Origin: Yuukianura sp. NJ FZ-2021
Taxonomy: Eukaryota
NCBI GenBank assembly: GCA_046563655.1
Contig: CM102290.1
Span: forward strand, 12,648,001 to 12,712,000
DNA length: 64,000 nt
Direction of reading: 5' to 3'
Part shown: piece after piece, positions 49,798-62,114 of the stretch
Layout of the letters: the number at the start of each line of letters is the position of its first letter
Numbering within the stretch: the stretch's first letter is position 1
The notes under the pieces: model-generated
What the model saw: only the letters and a program-made list of their open reading frames with translations
Told to the model about the DNA's origin: nothing
The model's database searches: none
Program-made: the position numbers and the translations under genes

Positions 49798-51927
49798 TCT
49801 CCAAATCCGTGCCTAAAACCAAGATGATTCGATTGAATTCCATTAGGTAGCATGTAAAATCTGCGGCGAATATCAAAGTCGTTTAAATTTAAATCCTGAA
49901 TCGTTAATTGAAACTTCAACTTACCACGGTACTCCCTTATTCGTAAATGCACCAGCCGACAACGGTGAGTCTTTTAGTAGTATGCGGGGCCAAAACGCTA
50001 TAACCTGTTGAACGTTGAAAGACTAAAAACAATAGGCAGACTCCCTCTTTACCACACAACTGACAACTGGGTGTGGTTAATCAAATTGGAGAGGTTCCGT
50101 TGCACGAGATGACAACTCACAATATTCAAATGTCCAGGTCCCGGATTAACCTGGAATGTCAATGACACGCTGATTAGGAATTAGAAAAAGATAATAAACG
50201 TGCCGAACCTGAAGTGATATGGTTGAATGGTTGAACACGGAGCTTGTAACTGTCGGAGCGGAGTGTCTGGTTGACAAGACAAGTATAGTATCTTGACAAT
50301 GCGGAGTTCCGCCTCAATTAGTAATTTACCTTTATAGCACCGATACCGAATGTGTCAATGGAATTCCAAGGGTCTCTCACACCATTCAGTAATTCTTATG
50401 TAACACTGTCGAGTATTTCGTCGTCATCGTCACGTAGAAGGAATCTTAAGAATGAATTATGGATTTTTGATACTACTACTCCAAAAGTTGTAACTTTTTT
50501 GTATAGGGGAGAATTGACTTACGCATAACCACAATACGATGTATACCCATTGTTGCTCTTCGAGAAGGAAAGAACGAAGGTGCCGTTTTCCCTAAAGATA
50601 ACAAGAAACTAACGTTACTGAATAAGAATTTTATCAACTGTAATTTCATCTTTATCATTTTTTTTTTGTCAAAATGCCTTACTACAGCAAAGATGAGTCG
50701 GGTTACAATAACGTATTTACTTCCTTACGTCCACTACTTACGTGACGTAACTCACGTCACATAGGAAGTCGGTTCAAGTAAGGATTAATATTCGACGTTG
50801 TAACCACAATGAATGAGTATTATGAGACAACAATAGATGGAATTCATTCTTTTGTCAACCACATTTGTAGTTGGTTGAGCTGAGGTTTATCTGGGTCGCG
50901 TGTAACCACAACTTTTCCTGCAGTACACTTGATGTTGTACAGCTATCTATCAGGAATACCTAAAATTTCGTGTTGATGATGAACATTTACCTTTCAATAA
51001 TACCTAAAATTTCGCGTCGATGTACTGTTAACTCCCAGGATTACTACGTAAAATTTTGTGTTGATAAGACGCACGCCAGTACATCAAAAAAAAAGACATC
51101 AACTGAAAAGACATCAACACGAAAGACATTGGCACCTCCCAGGAATGCTTAAAATTTCGTGTTGAAGCGATGCTGCTGTCAGGAATTACTAAAAATTTGT
51201 GGTAACGTTACCCCTCCATAGTTCATATATGGGGCCTTGACAGCTCTCAAAATGGTTTTTGTATTCAGACGGCGGGAGATTCAACCTTTTGGAGGGATTT
51301 TAAACTTTCATTTTCCTCCCTACTTGTTTGCTGAACATTGAAGAGACTGGACTGTCTTTATCATCTGCTCTCTGTGTCCTTTCGAACGGTGAGAGGCAGT
51401 GGAGCATGGAACAATGGGAGTGCATTCGGACTTGTCTGGGACCACTTCCACTTTCCATGCAAATCACCAACACCTTCACAACAAGGACTTAAGGACTATC
51501 CACGTTTGACCTCCAGCATCACAGCCCCGAAGCGACAGGTCAGAGCCATATCCATTTTTTATTCAGAAACTGGTGTTCTTTTTGTTATGGGAAATGTTTT
51601 TGGCCCGATGACCTTTGTGACCTTTAGTCAGGCTCTATTAGGTAAAAGTAAACATGATTTGAAAACCTAGCTGGGCTGGGAGTCTAAAAAAAATACAAGG
51701 TCACAGAAGGCAGATAAGCGGACCATCAAAATTTTCTCCAAACTTGATCCACCCTCAATTTCTTTTCCTTGGTTCTCCAATTTAACAATTTCTATGCCTT
51801 TCAGGTTAAGCACCGCGGAGTAGTACAGTCAATACGATTGGTTTGCTTACTTTCCTGACATTAACGCTTCAGTGGATCGTATTCCCCGGAATTTCTTGCC
51901 AAGGTTGACTCTATACGTATTTCAATC

Positions 51928-54858
51928 ATGTACATTGAACATTTCCGCAAGGATTTTTACGACCACCTTTTGGGACATGTAAGTCTAGCGGACAATCTTT
52001 TGGGCGTTCCTATCATATTTAGGACAATATGTAACTTCATTTTGTCATTCGTTCCACAAACTAATTATTTCGGTTTTCTTTTCAGAGGGTGTTGCTGATG
52101 GCAAGCTATGACGTCGACTCAGTATGTTGTGTCAAAATACTGCAATATTTGCTTCGAATGGATGAAAATCCTTATATTCTGGAGTCTGTTGAAGGTATTG
52201 ACGATTTGAAGTCGAAGTTCAACGAATATCACACGGTCAGTCTCTCACAATATGGCTACTACATTTTGAGCGTTTCACCAATGGGTGATTGAATTTTTAG
52301 CAAGTTCGACGAGTAGTACTCATCAATTGCGGAGGAACCATTGACCTTATGGAACTTTTCGATGGGGCAAATGATGTGATCATATTCGTGATTGACAGTC
52401 ACCGTCCAACACATATACTGAATATTTACAATGAAACGAAACAAGTACGTTCCCAGTCAGCCCCTTGATTGATTAATCATTTTTTAATTCCTACCGACTT
52501 TGACATTCGTTTTGCAGATACGGTTAGTTTCACAGCAGGAGGCTGATGAGGATATTCCTCATTTTGATGACATTTTTCGTGCCACAGAAAATGTAATTTA
52601 AATAAATACTTGTAAATTCCTTTGTATGTTTAAAACTATTTCAATTCGAATTTTCGGAACAAATTCGGCAAAACGGCCACTCGATTTTTTACGATTAAAA
52701 TATCGTTTTATATCAACTTTTGGGTGTAGATTCCGAATCTGAAATCCGTTTTTGGCGGTCACACCTCCTTCTTGGTAAGATTCATTAATTAAGATTCTAA
52801 TGTGGATTTTACATACAGAATGAGATTTTTTATTATGTAACCAATGGAGATTAGAAATTGTTGCTGTTATATGCTAACCAAACCTAACTCGCGCCTTCGG
52901 CGCGGGGGTATAACAAACTACAATTCTTGGTATCCATTGGTTACACTTGGAATTCTCATTCATTATGTGAAATTCACATCGTTAATTAGAATCTTAATTA
53001 ATAAATCTTACCAAGAAGGAGGTGCGACCGCCAAAAACGGATTTCAGATTCAGAATCTACACCCAAGAGTTGATATAAAATGATATTTTAATCGTAAAAA
53101 ATCGAGTGGCCGTTTTGCCGAATATAAGCCGAATTTTCCTTAGTGGGATTCAGACTCAAGTGATGAGGATGATGACCCACCGTTAGACGAAGATGTGGAC
53201 GCAGGGCAGCAGCGTCGAATGCGTGCGGTGGAACGCAGAGCACAAGCTGCTCAAAGGAGGAAAGAATATCGAGACTGGGAGACACGCCGTTCAAACCTGC
53301 TGTACAACTACACAAAACACAACTACTACGCTGCTCCTGTACGTATACTCAAAAGTATTTTTGCTCATTTTTTGCAGTAAATGTTTCATAATTTCAATTT
53401 TAGGCGTCGTTGGTTGCCCTAGAAGTTGCCTGGAGTAAATCGATCGGTGACAGTGATATTGTTTGGTGGGCAATTGTTGGGCTCACGGAGTCTCTTCTCC
53501 TTCATCGCATGGAACGTTCAACTTATACCATATTAGCAAGTCAGATGCAAAATCATGTATCACGTATAACACATGAAACTGCTCCGTCATTGTCTGTCCT
53601 CAAAATTACATTTGAACATGAGTAAGCAAAATCAAATACACAACTTTATTTTCATTTGCTTTCGATATTCATCGTCATTTTTTGTAGGTTGTACCTCTAT
53701 TTGTATCGTCACTGGAATTTGTATGCAAGTATAAAGCATACTCCGTCCTGGCGCTGTAAATTCCGTCTTTGGTCGTCCAAGGGCACACAACGACTACATT
53801 CGTACTTAGCCGAAATCGGGTAACTAATACTAGCTGTGATTTTTTTGAATTTTTGATTTTTTTTTCCCAAGATTTAAAAAATTTTAACATTTTCTGCAGA
53901 TTCCCGCTTAAGGAAGTGAAACAATCGTATGATTCTATGAATCTTCGCTACCGTCGAAACTTAAAAACAATTCTGAATAGTTGTGCTGAGAAATACGACC
54001 TAGTCGATGACATGTCTTTTGGCTCATTCGTCGCACAATATCTATACGCTTACAAGTTCAGTGCATTGGACCATTGTCTTTCCGTGATGTCATTACTAGA
54101 AGAGCCCGGTGAAAAGACTTTGGCTACTCGCTTCCTCAATGCACTCCAAGCTTTGTGCAAGTAAGTCATATTCATTGTTTATAAAACAGCAACAAACATG
54201 GGTTAATTCCAAGAAATCTTTGTTTTAGGACGCAAATTAACTTGGTTATGACTGGAATCGGAATATCAAAACAAATCATTACTGGAATGATTTCTCAAGT
54301 TCAGATCTTCCTAGACTTGAAGCAACTAGTTGTTACGAACGATTTGCTCTATGCCGTGATTCAATATGTAAGGACTAGTTTGCATGGAAAAATGAAAGTT
54401 TCTAATTAATTGTGCTAATCGAATTAATTTTTTACTTATTTTGCACCATAGGGGACTTTGGACGAAAAGTACTTTCGCAATCCTTGCTCGTTGGCTTTAT
54501 TGGCACACCATACTCTACAAGCATTTATCTCTTCCAGTCCTCGGGGGAAAATGATGCATCAACTACCGTTAGTGCTGATCGCTCCGAGAACAATTGACAC
54601 TCATCATGCAATCGGAATTCCACCGCTCGCTACGGACATCAACCAAAAGTAAGCATCGTGTTTTGTGAATTGATTTTAGATTGTTTGGCTGAGCGTGTTT
54701 CTCTTGTATTTTGCAGCCTTTTAGGAAAAGCTTTTGAGCAAATCGCCAAGAAGATGCAGGACTCCGTCTCCATGGATTTGTTTGAAACGAACATTTGCAT
54801 TGTCAAGTCAAGCGACATCGAGAAGTTCTTGGAACAGCTTTTGCAATTACTAGCATAA
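51928..54858 (+). CDS. CDC45: Cell division control protein 45 (CMG helicase subunit)
   Basis: MYIEHFRKDFYDHL; YDVDSVCCVKILQYL; VLINCGG; FVIDSHRP; WWAIVGLTE; LYLYRHWNL; GFPLKEVKQSYDSM; LLGKAFEQ; stop 54856-54858. Confidence 0.96.
52663..53123. mobile_element. Foldback MITE in CDC45 intron 52593..53143
   Basis: ~135-bp near-perfect TIRs starting ATTCGGCAAAACGGCCACTCGATTTTTTACG; complementarity continues inward; central hairpin CGCGCCTTCGGCGCG; TSD unclear. Confidence 0.92.
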
Positions 54859-55237
54859 CATAACCTACCGCCTCCTTTTCGCTCGCATGATAAGTTAAAG
54901 TTTCTCCAGTTGTCGTTTCAATTTTTTTGATGCTAGTAATTTATTATTGTTTTTCATCCCTTTTTAGAAAAAGACGAAACCGTCTAAGTTTTATTTTTAC
55001 TATGTTTAACTTTGGAAGTATTTAGAACAGTTTTCCTGTGAAATGAAAATGGTTCTCCTTGGTTTTCAAGTTGGAATTTTGCCGCTTCTGGACTTAATTT
55101 ACAGAGATTTCTTCTTTTGTGTAGTTGCAGCCTGTCACGTCTGATTTATTTCCTGATGAATTGATTTCCTTAACTTGTTTCTCCCAAACTCAAGGGAGGA
55201 TTTAGACGACCTCCTTGGAGACTCGCTGGAATGCTGT

Positions 55238-58200
55238 TCAGATGAATCTGCTCTGAATGTACTTGTACTGAAGCTGTGCTGTTTGAAATTTATGAAGAAA
55301 ATCTTTGACACATTTTTCATCTTCGATGGCTTCTTGGAGTATGGCGTAGCGGTAGTTGGGAATATCCAGGATTAGAATCACGGACTTCGTATCCTCCATG
55401 TCAATAAATAGTCGCAGTTCTTCTGACAACTCGGACTGAAACATAAAATTCCAGTTAACTCATACTGTGCATTTTTCGTATAGATCGGTGCAACCGGTTG
55501 AACTTGCAAATGTAGTGAAGGGTCGGGGCCCTTAGTATAAAAAAAATCAACAAAAAATTGTTTTAAGCCCATTAAAACTTATTGCTACACTGTGAAACAT
55601 GAAATAAGCCCAAAAAAAAATTTTTTTTTAACTATGAAACTGCACCAAGAATTTTTCCGATCCCGGAATGAAACTTTTGTTTGTCGAAATTTCGGATTAA
55701 ATACAGTACCAACACATTTTCGAACAAGGTTGTTCACTTTGATTTTCTTTAACAGGTTGGGTAATACCTCATGATTTTTTGATTTTGCAAAAAAAAAAGT
55801 GTCTTTTCATTTCAGGGCATCGTAGTCATAACAATACAGCCGAATTCTTCAAATTTTGCACACGAATTGGTAGCAATTTTTCGGATTCGTACCAATTTTT
55901 GGTTTTTTCGTTTTTCTGTCAACAGGCGAGGTAATACCAAACCTGTTAAAAAAATTAACTTTTCGTTGTCATGGAACCTTGTTTTCGAACTCCCACAAAA
56001 AGTAAAATTTAAAAAAAATCCAGTTGTTCCTGTCATCATCACTCAACTTGAGCGGGGCTATCATTGAATCGTTACGGATGTCAAAAAAGTTGTGAATTTT
56101 TCTAACGCTAAGTTGCAAAAAAGTTGAATTCTAGCGTCTTAAGTGTACGGAACACGTTAGTCATGTCGCCATTCCATGTCTAACGCCTTTGAACAACTTA
56201 GGTTCGATACTGATCTCTCAACAGTAACCAGTAAGAGCAACCTTTTGCACAAACTTTTTCGTCTTTTTATAAAAAGTTGTATGTTGTATGCATGTTTGCA
56301 AAAAGTTACTTTAGATATTGGACAGGTCAAGAGAGGTCGAGCCTATTAGTTGATCAACCTTCATCATGAGTTTACCTAACTTGTAAATATGGCAATGCTT
56401 TCAGGTCTAAGGCAGGAAAAGTGATGCGGGACGAAGTTTGGAAGTGCTTACGTCAGTCCCAATGAAAAACTTGGGCTGGAATGGCTCTTCTGTCTCTGGA
56501 TCGCTGATGATTTGAGATGCAATTGGAACCAGAACTCCCTCGGCCTTGTCGTACTCGTCGTCATCCTCTCCTGCAGAGTCAAACAAAACAGTTTTTTAAA
56601 CAAAGAGAATCATGCGCTGGAAACACTGGTTTCACCAAAATATTGCTGCTACTCCCGTGCTAGCACGAACGAAACGAATCGAAATTGGAAAACAAAACAA
56701 TAGCTGTCTCTAGAGATGGATTCATTGGAGTCAAGATCTCTGCAAGGATAAGACTCCGCAGTGTCTCCTGGGATGATCATCCGTCCCAGTGAGCATGAGT
56801 AGTGGACATGGGACGGCCTTTGGGGATGTTCATGTTCCGGTGCCACAAACGAAACGAAACGAGTTCCGGTGCCAAAACGAAACGAAACAAGTTTCGATAC
56901 CGTTCCCGTTTCCACATTTTTGGAAACGAAATGAAAGTTCCGTTTCCGTTTCGTTTCCAGTTCCTTGGTGCAGTGGAACCGTTTCCGCCTCTCTATGTTT
57001 ATGTGCTCGTGGTGCTTATTTCTCGTTATCTCCCAGAAAAAGAAAAATGGACTGCATCCAACACTCAAACCCACCCTATTTTGTTCAACACATACCTATA
57101 TACTTCGGTTCCAGTTCCGTTTCGCTTCGTTCCGGTTCCCGTTTCCCAATTTTGAAACTAGTTTCCGGCCGTCTTCAAAAACTCATTTCCGTTCCCTCTT
57201 GGAGACGGAACAGAACGGAACTTTGCACAACCCTAACGGTCCTGTCGGTCGCTTTCAAGTAAAAAGAAAGGCGACTGGAATGACTGTCTCCATCAAATAA
57301 ACCATAATGCCAGCATTTAAGCACCATAATTCCAGTCCAGTGTCTTGTCCACTCCAATCCGAGTAAAGACAGCTATTCCAACGGGGGATGTCAGTTACTG
57401 TCAAAAGGAGAACCGGCCCATGGTCCTGATGGTGCAAAAAGTACTATAACAACAACGGTTTTCCCGTAACACTTTTTTCCAAAAGCGCTGGTCGCCACAC
57501 AAATCTGAAGCTGGAGGATCAGCGTCATCCAATTTTCTTCCAGCTCGTCATCCCTCCCTCCCACGGTGTCTCCATCATAACATTCGGAATGGAACAGAGA
57601 CTCAAGTGAATCTTTAGTCTTTATGTCTCTAGAAAATCCGTCCACTCAGTTTATTTCCATTGAACATGAATATGAAATCGAATGGGAAAAGTTGTCTGTC
57701 GTAATTCAAGGGTGAAAGGCTATATTTCATTTGAAGAACAAAAAAAACAGTGTTTAACTCAGCGTTCAACGTTTTCTCCAGCGTTTAGTCCTACGCAGGG
57801 GAAAACGCTGAATGTCTAAAGCAAACACTCCAAAACAAGTCACTTTCAACAAAACATTTAGCACTTTAGCACGTAACGCTTCAACAGGTTACTAGTGACA
57901 AATCGCTAAAATAATTTATAGATCCTCGGCACACTATAAAGTGCGTTAATTCGTTTTAAATCGCTTTTTAACAAAAGTTGAAGAAAAAGCCTACATGATT
58001 TTAGAAAAGTGTGTCGTGCAATAATTATGCGGCTGGGACGTAGAAGGGCGACTTTCGTGTTTACTCCAAAATTTTCCCGTCGCCTTGGCGATTTTTTAAA
58101 AAATTCCTTACTTTAAGGCCTGTTCACACTGTGCCTTTATGTACTCCGATATTTCGTCGCCGAGTTTTGATCATAATTTTTTTTAATGTGCGTACTGAAT

Positions 58201-61200
58201 TTTAACGCGTATTTTTTGCGATATCGGAAGAAACAAAATTTCGCGGATATATATGCGGATACCTAATAACATGTGAAAACCTCCCTCCAGGGAATAGCGT
58301 AATCACACCTGAAAATCTCCTTCCTGTGTCGTGTGGCGAAACCGCCACACGACAGAAATCGCAGATCTGATTCACATGTAGAATGTGTGTATATTGCAGC
58401 TTAGATGTAGTGTTTCGAAATAATAATTATTTCGAAACACTACATCTAAGCTGAAAAAAACAGAAGTGAAGCAAATCATGTTTTTTTTTGTTAAAAAAGG
58501 TTTTCAATTGTTTTTTTTTAAAAAAACAAGTTTTTCACTTGTTCTTTTTTTTTTTTTTTTTTTTACAAAAATAAGTAAAAAACTTGTTTCACTTTTTTTA
58601 AATTGGACTGTAGGAACTTTCAGAAGATCAAAACGCAACAAGCCAGAAATTTAACATCACAAGTGAAGCAAAATTTAAAAAAAAAAAAAATTTCCAAAAA
58701 AAAAATTTTACATTTCACTTACCAATGAAGTAAATGAGAGAAAGCGAAGAGTTGAGAACTGACGAATGTCGGTCACGAAGTTCTTCAACGACCTTGGGAT
58801 ACCAAGGAAAATCCTGCAACCAAAATTATTATATGTAATATAATAATAATATATTATACATAATAATATCATTTTTATGCAATAACGTAATATAATAATA
58901 TTTTAAAGTAACAACTGGGAATTTTTTTTTCAAAAGGTTAATTGAATTCAGAAATGGAATTTTGCAATTCGAGAGTTGTTCTTGGGGAAAACAGAATGTT
59001 TCCAAGTGAAAATAATTCGGAGTGAAAGTCATGTTCACTCTCCCACACACACTTTGCATGGAACTTTGGTTTTAGGCAACCCAACGTTAAAAGGCAATTC
59101 CGTATTCATGACCCAGAGGTTAAGCAGGTCTTGCTCAAGCTTCAAAAGCTTTAACTGTACCAACGAAATATTAAATGTGCCAAAAACTTACGAATCCCTC
59201 GAGATCATCATTCACTTCCAAGCGTCCCTCTGGCGTGATAATGTTATCCTGAGCATCCAGAACCACAAGGGTGGGGATACTTTTGACATTGAGGAGAGCA
59301 GTGAGGTCTCTTCTTGCGACTTCATCTTCATAAGGAACAGCGAACCAGGGCATTTGACTAAAAAATCGGTCAAAGGACTCCTGGCTCCTAAAAACAACAA
59401 AAAACGAGCCAATTTACGAAAATAAAACATTTCAAATTCCAATTCATAAGAGTTTTTTTCTGTTAGCAGCGCTGTATGGAGCCTGAATTGGAGTTTCCAA
59501 TGAATTTACGAGGGTGGTCAGCTGAATAAACCATGATGGTTTCTCTCAGGCGAAAGGACGCTTTTGACTGATCTTTCGGAATTAGATCTTGAAAGTGAAG
59601 TGGAAACGAAACTGAAAGTGAGAAACATCAAGATCGTCCGCAATTGATGTTATCAAACTTCCTGTCACTTCTTCCAGCCTTCGAAACTTTTAGACAAACA
59701 TCGAAAGCCGGAGGCCATCACATGCCACTCATGGACGGCCATGTACGGACGACTGATAGAGGTAGACGGATTTTTCTGAGCCGTAGTCAGCCGTGCAGCC
59801 ATTTAAAGAAATATACTTTCAATGTCCATCAACAAAAAAAAATGTTTTTTCTACACCAGGTTGTACAATAACTCGATGTTGCTCATTGTGTAAAAAATTT
59901 GAAAAACCTTTTTCCTATGATAATTATTTTCATTTCAAGCAATTGGAATTGGGAGAAATTTTTTTTTTTTTTTTTTTGAAGAGAATGATTTATTTATTTG
60001 TCGAAAACTTTAAACTACAAGCTAATTTTCAAAATTGGATTCACAGAGATAAGTTATTTTTGGGAGAAAATTGGAGGAAAAAATTATTTGAACCAAATTT
60101 TTGCAAACCCCGTGTTATTGGACATCCTGTTGTAGAAAATACAATTCGCTTGTCAAGGAACCTTGTATACTTTTTCGTTATCTAACGTCCATAAGAACAC
60201 CTTCCTCGGTCCGCTAGTTGCCGTCCATGATTGTCCGGCAATTACCCTTACTTAGTGGCGTTACAAATGACAGCAGCAGGAGGCTCATAATTTAAAGTGC
60301 TTCGGTTCTAGACAGGAAGATCAAAAGCTGCGTTTGGGCGATGCAGGGAATTAGAAGTGGCTGAACGCTTTCACTTTTCTTAGATCTGGACACTGCAAGT
60401 AATTTCTTGATCCGGTCAAAAGTCAAAGAAGAAAGTGTTAATCTTATTTAATCCAAAAAAGTTCATTTTTAATTCTGAGAACAATCCAGTACCCAGCATA
60501 ATTTTTTTTTTGAAATTTAAAGAAAAAGACAGTTGAAAGTGTTCGCGTTTTTGCCGTGACCTTTCTCCCTCCTCATATAACCTAACACAAGGCGTCCTCC
60601 GCTGGAAAATATCCCATTTCAAAGTTTGGTCCTGTCAAAAAGTTTCCGTTTTCCTAAAAAGTTTTAAATCTGAAGGCGTTAAGAAAGTTGACTTTTTCAA
60701 CAATGGGAGAAATAATGGTGCTGGAAACTTTTTGTCTCAGCTGGAGTTAAGTTATTAATATGGGACAGTATCCACAAAATGATTTATGGAACGAAGCCAG
60801 TTTTCACTTTGGTCTCCTGACTCTCCACTGAGGCCACACCCATGACTTACCTATCCGAAGTGACAAAGACAATTTCAAAGTTATGGCCACGGTCTCTCAC
60901 TTTGGTGTAGACGTCAATCAGAGACGAAATGAAACCTCTGCATGGTGGATACTGGAAGAACAAAAAAAGTTTGAAAACCAAAAGCTAAGCACCCAACTTT
61001 TACTCTTAGAACGCCTCATTCCAACACTTAACGACTGATGGAATGCCATTGACCTCAATAAAATATTTCCAAAGTACACAGTAAAGGCGTAGATTAGGTT
61101 AGCATTTTCGGGTTTCATTGGATTAGTTTTGACGAAGATGCTTATAGTTGAGTTAATTTTAGACTGTGAAATCGAAACAGAAAAATTCAACGCAAAACTA

Positions 61201-61720
61201 ACAAATTAGAAATGTTAAAACTCAGGTTAAGCAAGTTAAAAAACGGTTTTCATTTTGACAGGTTGTGGCCATATCAGTCACTTACGCCAGTTTCAATTAA
61301 AGAGGTAGGAAAGATGGAACGGTTAGGTTAGTTAGGAATGACTTTTAATTTAAAAGTGTTGAAATCCGAGTTAATCTGACAAGGTTCTATGAACTTAAAC
61401 TTTTTAACGCTGGAATTGGATTTGTGAGTGAAATTTACCCAGAAGGCAGCAAAGAGGATTCCTTTGACGGATTCCTTGAGGAGTTGCATGCGTCCCTGTC
61501 GTTGGTCCTCTGTCGTCACTGAATTTGTGTCTCCAGAAACAATCAAGCGACTGGCACTGAGAATGTCAGTGCAGGATGAATGTGTCCAGGGGAAGTTGGC
61601 TCCAGTGGGATCCTCCAGCATCTTCTCCCGTCCATGGAAATTAATCACTCCGCCAGTACTCCCATCCATCAAGATTAGGGTGGGGGTTTCGTTCACTCCG
61701 TACTTCCGGATGAGGTATTC
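55238..61720 (-). CDS. NXN: Nucleoredoxin-like protein, 5'-partial; active-site motif reads W-Y-P-P-C
   Basis: Exons 61720-61439 (LEDPTGANFPW...GILFAAFW), 60951-60851 (YPPCRGF...FEIVFVTSDR), ~59387-59192 (MPWFAVPYEDE...SIPTLVVLD), ~58813-58723 (DFPWYPK), ~56570-56452, 55435-55238. First Trx-like domain exons not found inside the window. Confidence 0.9.
55725..55981. mobile_element. P-superfamily-like MITE, copy 2
   Basis: Ends CAAGGTT...AACCTTG; exact 8-bp TSD TTTTCGAA; nested inverted repeat AACAGGTTGGGTAATACCTC / GAGGTAATACCAAACCTGTT. Confidence 0.9.
56821..57235. mobile_element. Degenerate hAT-type MITE with GAAAC/GTTCC subterminal repeats
   Basis: Right end GCACAACCCTA, decayed left end TGGGGATGTTC; flanks ACGGCCTT / ACGGTCCT match 6 of 8. 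Confidence 0.7.
58397..58453. repeat. Perfect 57-bp palindrome in an NXN intron
   Basis: CAGCTTAGATGTAGTGTTTCGAAATAAT-A-ATTATTTCGAAACACTACATCTAAGCTG (28-bp arms, 1-nt spacer). Confidence 0.95.
59820..60165. mobile_element. P-superfamily-like MITE, copy 3 (second subfamily)
   Basis: Exact 8-bp TSD TATACTTT; right end GGAACCTTG; inner inverted repeat CAGGTTGTACAATAACTC / GTGTTATTGGACATCCTG. Confidence 0.85.
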
Positions 61721-61908
61721 CTAATGGACACACAAACAAACCAGTTTAGGTCAGTCATGCTCAATCTGGTTACCACTTTGAGTGCCAAAATGGTGACAGG
61801 TAACGACCAATTTACGAATTTTGGTAAAGCATAAGTTTCTAAGCCTAGTGCTTTTAATTTGCGGTGTTTCATGGTTTGCAGTTTGTAGAGTTTGCGTTTC
61901 GTAGCATA

Positions 61909-62114
61909 TCATTAACGCGAAAACAATAAGCGCGAATTGAGCAACTAACGCGAATCGGTAACAGTGGAGCTAAAAGGTATTGGAGTGTAGATACGCTTGA
62001 CGAAGGTGCAGTGTTGCCGACATTTGTAAGCGGATGCAGTGTTGCATACATTGGTAATGTAGGTGCAGAGTTGCCGACTTTTTGAATTCGCGCTTATTGT
62101 TTTCGCTCTAATGA
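61909..62114. mobile_element. MITE-like element with 30-bp inverted repeats
   Basis: TCATTAACGCGAAAACAATAAGCGCGAATT versus AATTCGCGCTTATTGTTTTCGCTCTAATGA (2 mismatches); TSD not seen. Confidence 0.7.

Noticed and set aside
51268..51282. E2F-like site GGCGGGAG upstream of CDC45
   Set aside because: Only a partial match to consensus and the TSS is unknown.
55238..55240. NXN TGA as a selenocysteine or readthrough codon
   Set aside because: It falls at the expected C-terminus, not in a redox motif, and I see no SECIS.
56649..57300. Several overlapping 110-157 aa ORFs
   Set aside because: They arise from stop-poor GAAAC/GTTCC repeats of a MITE in an NXN intron.
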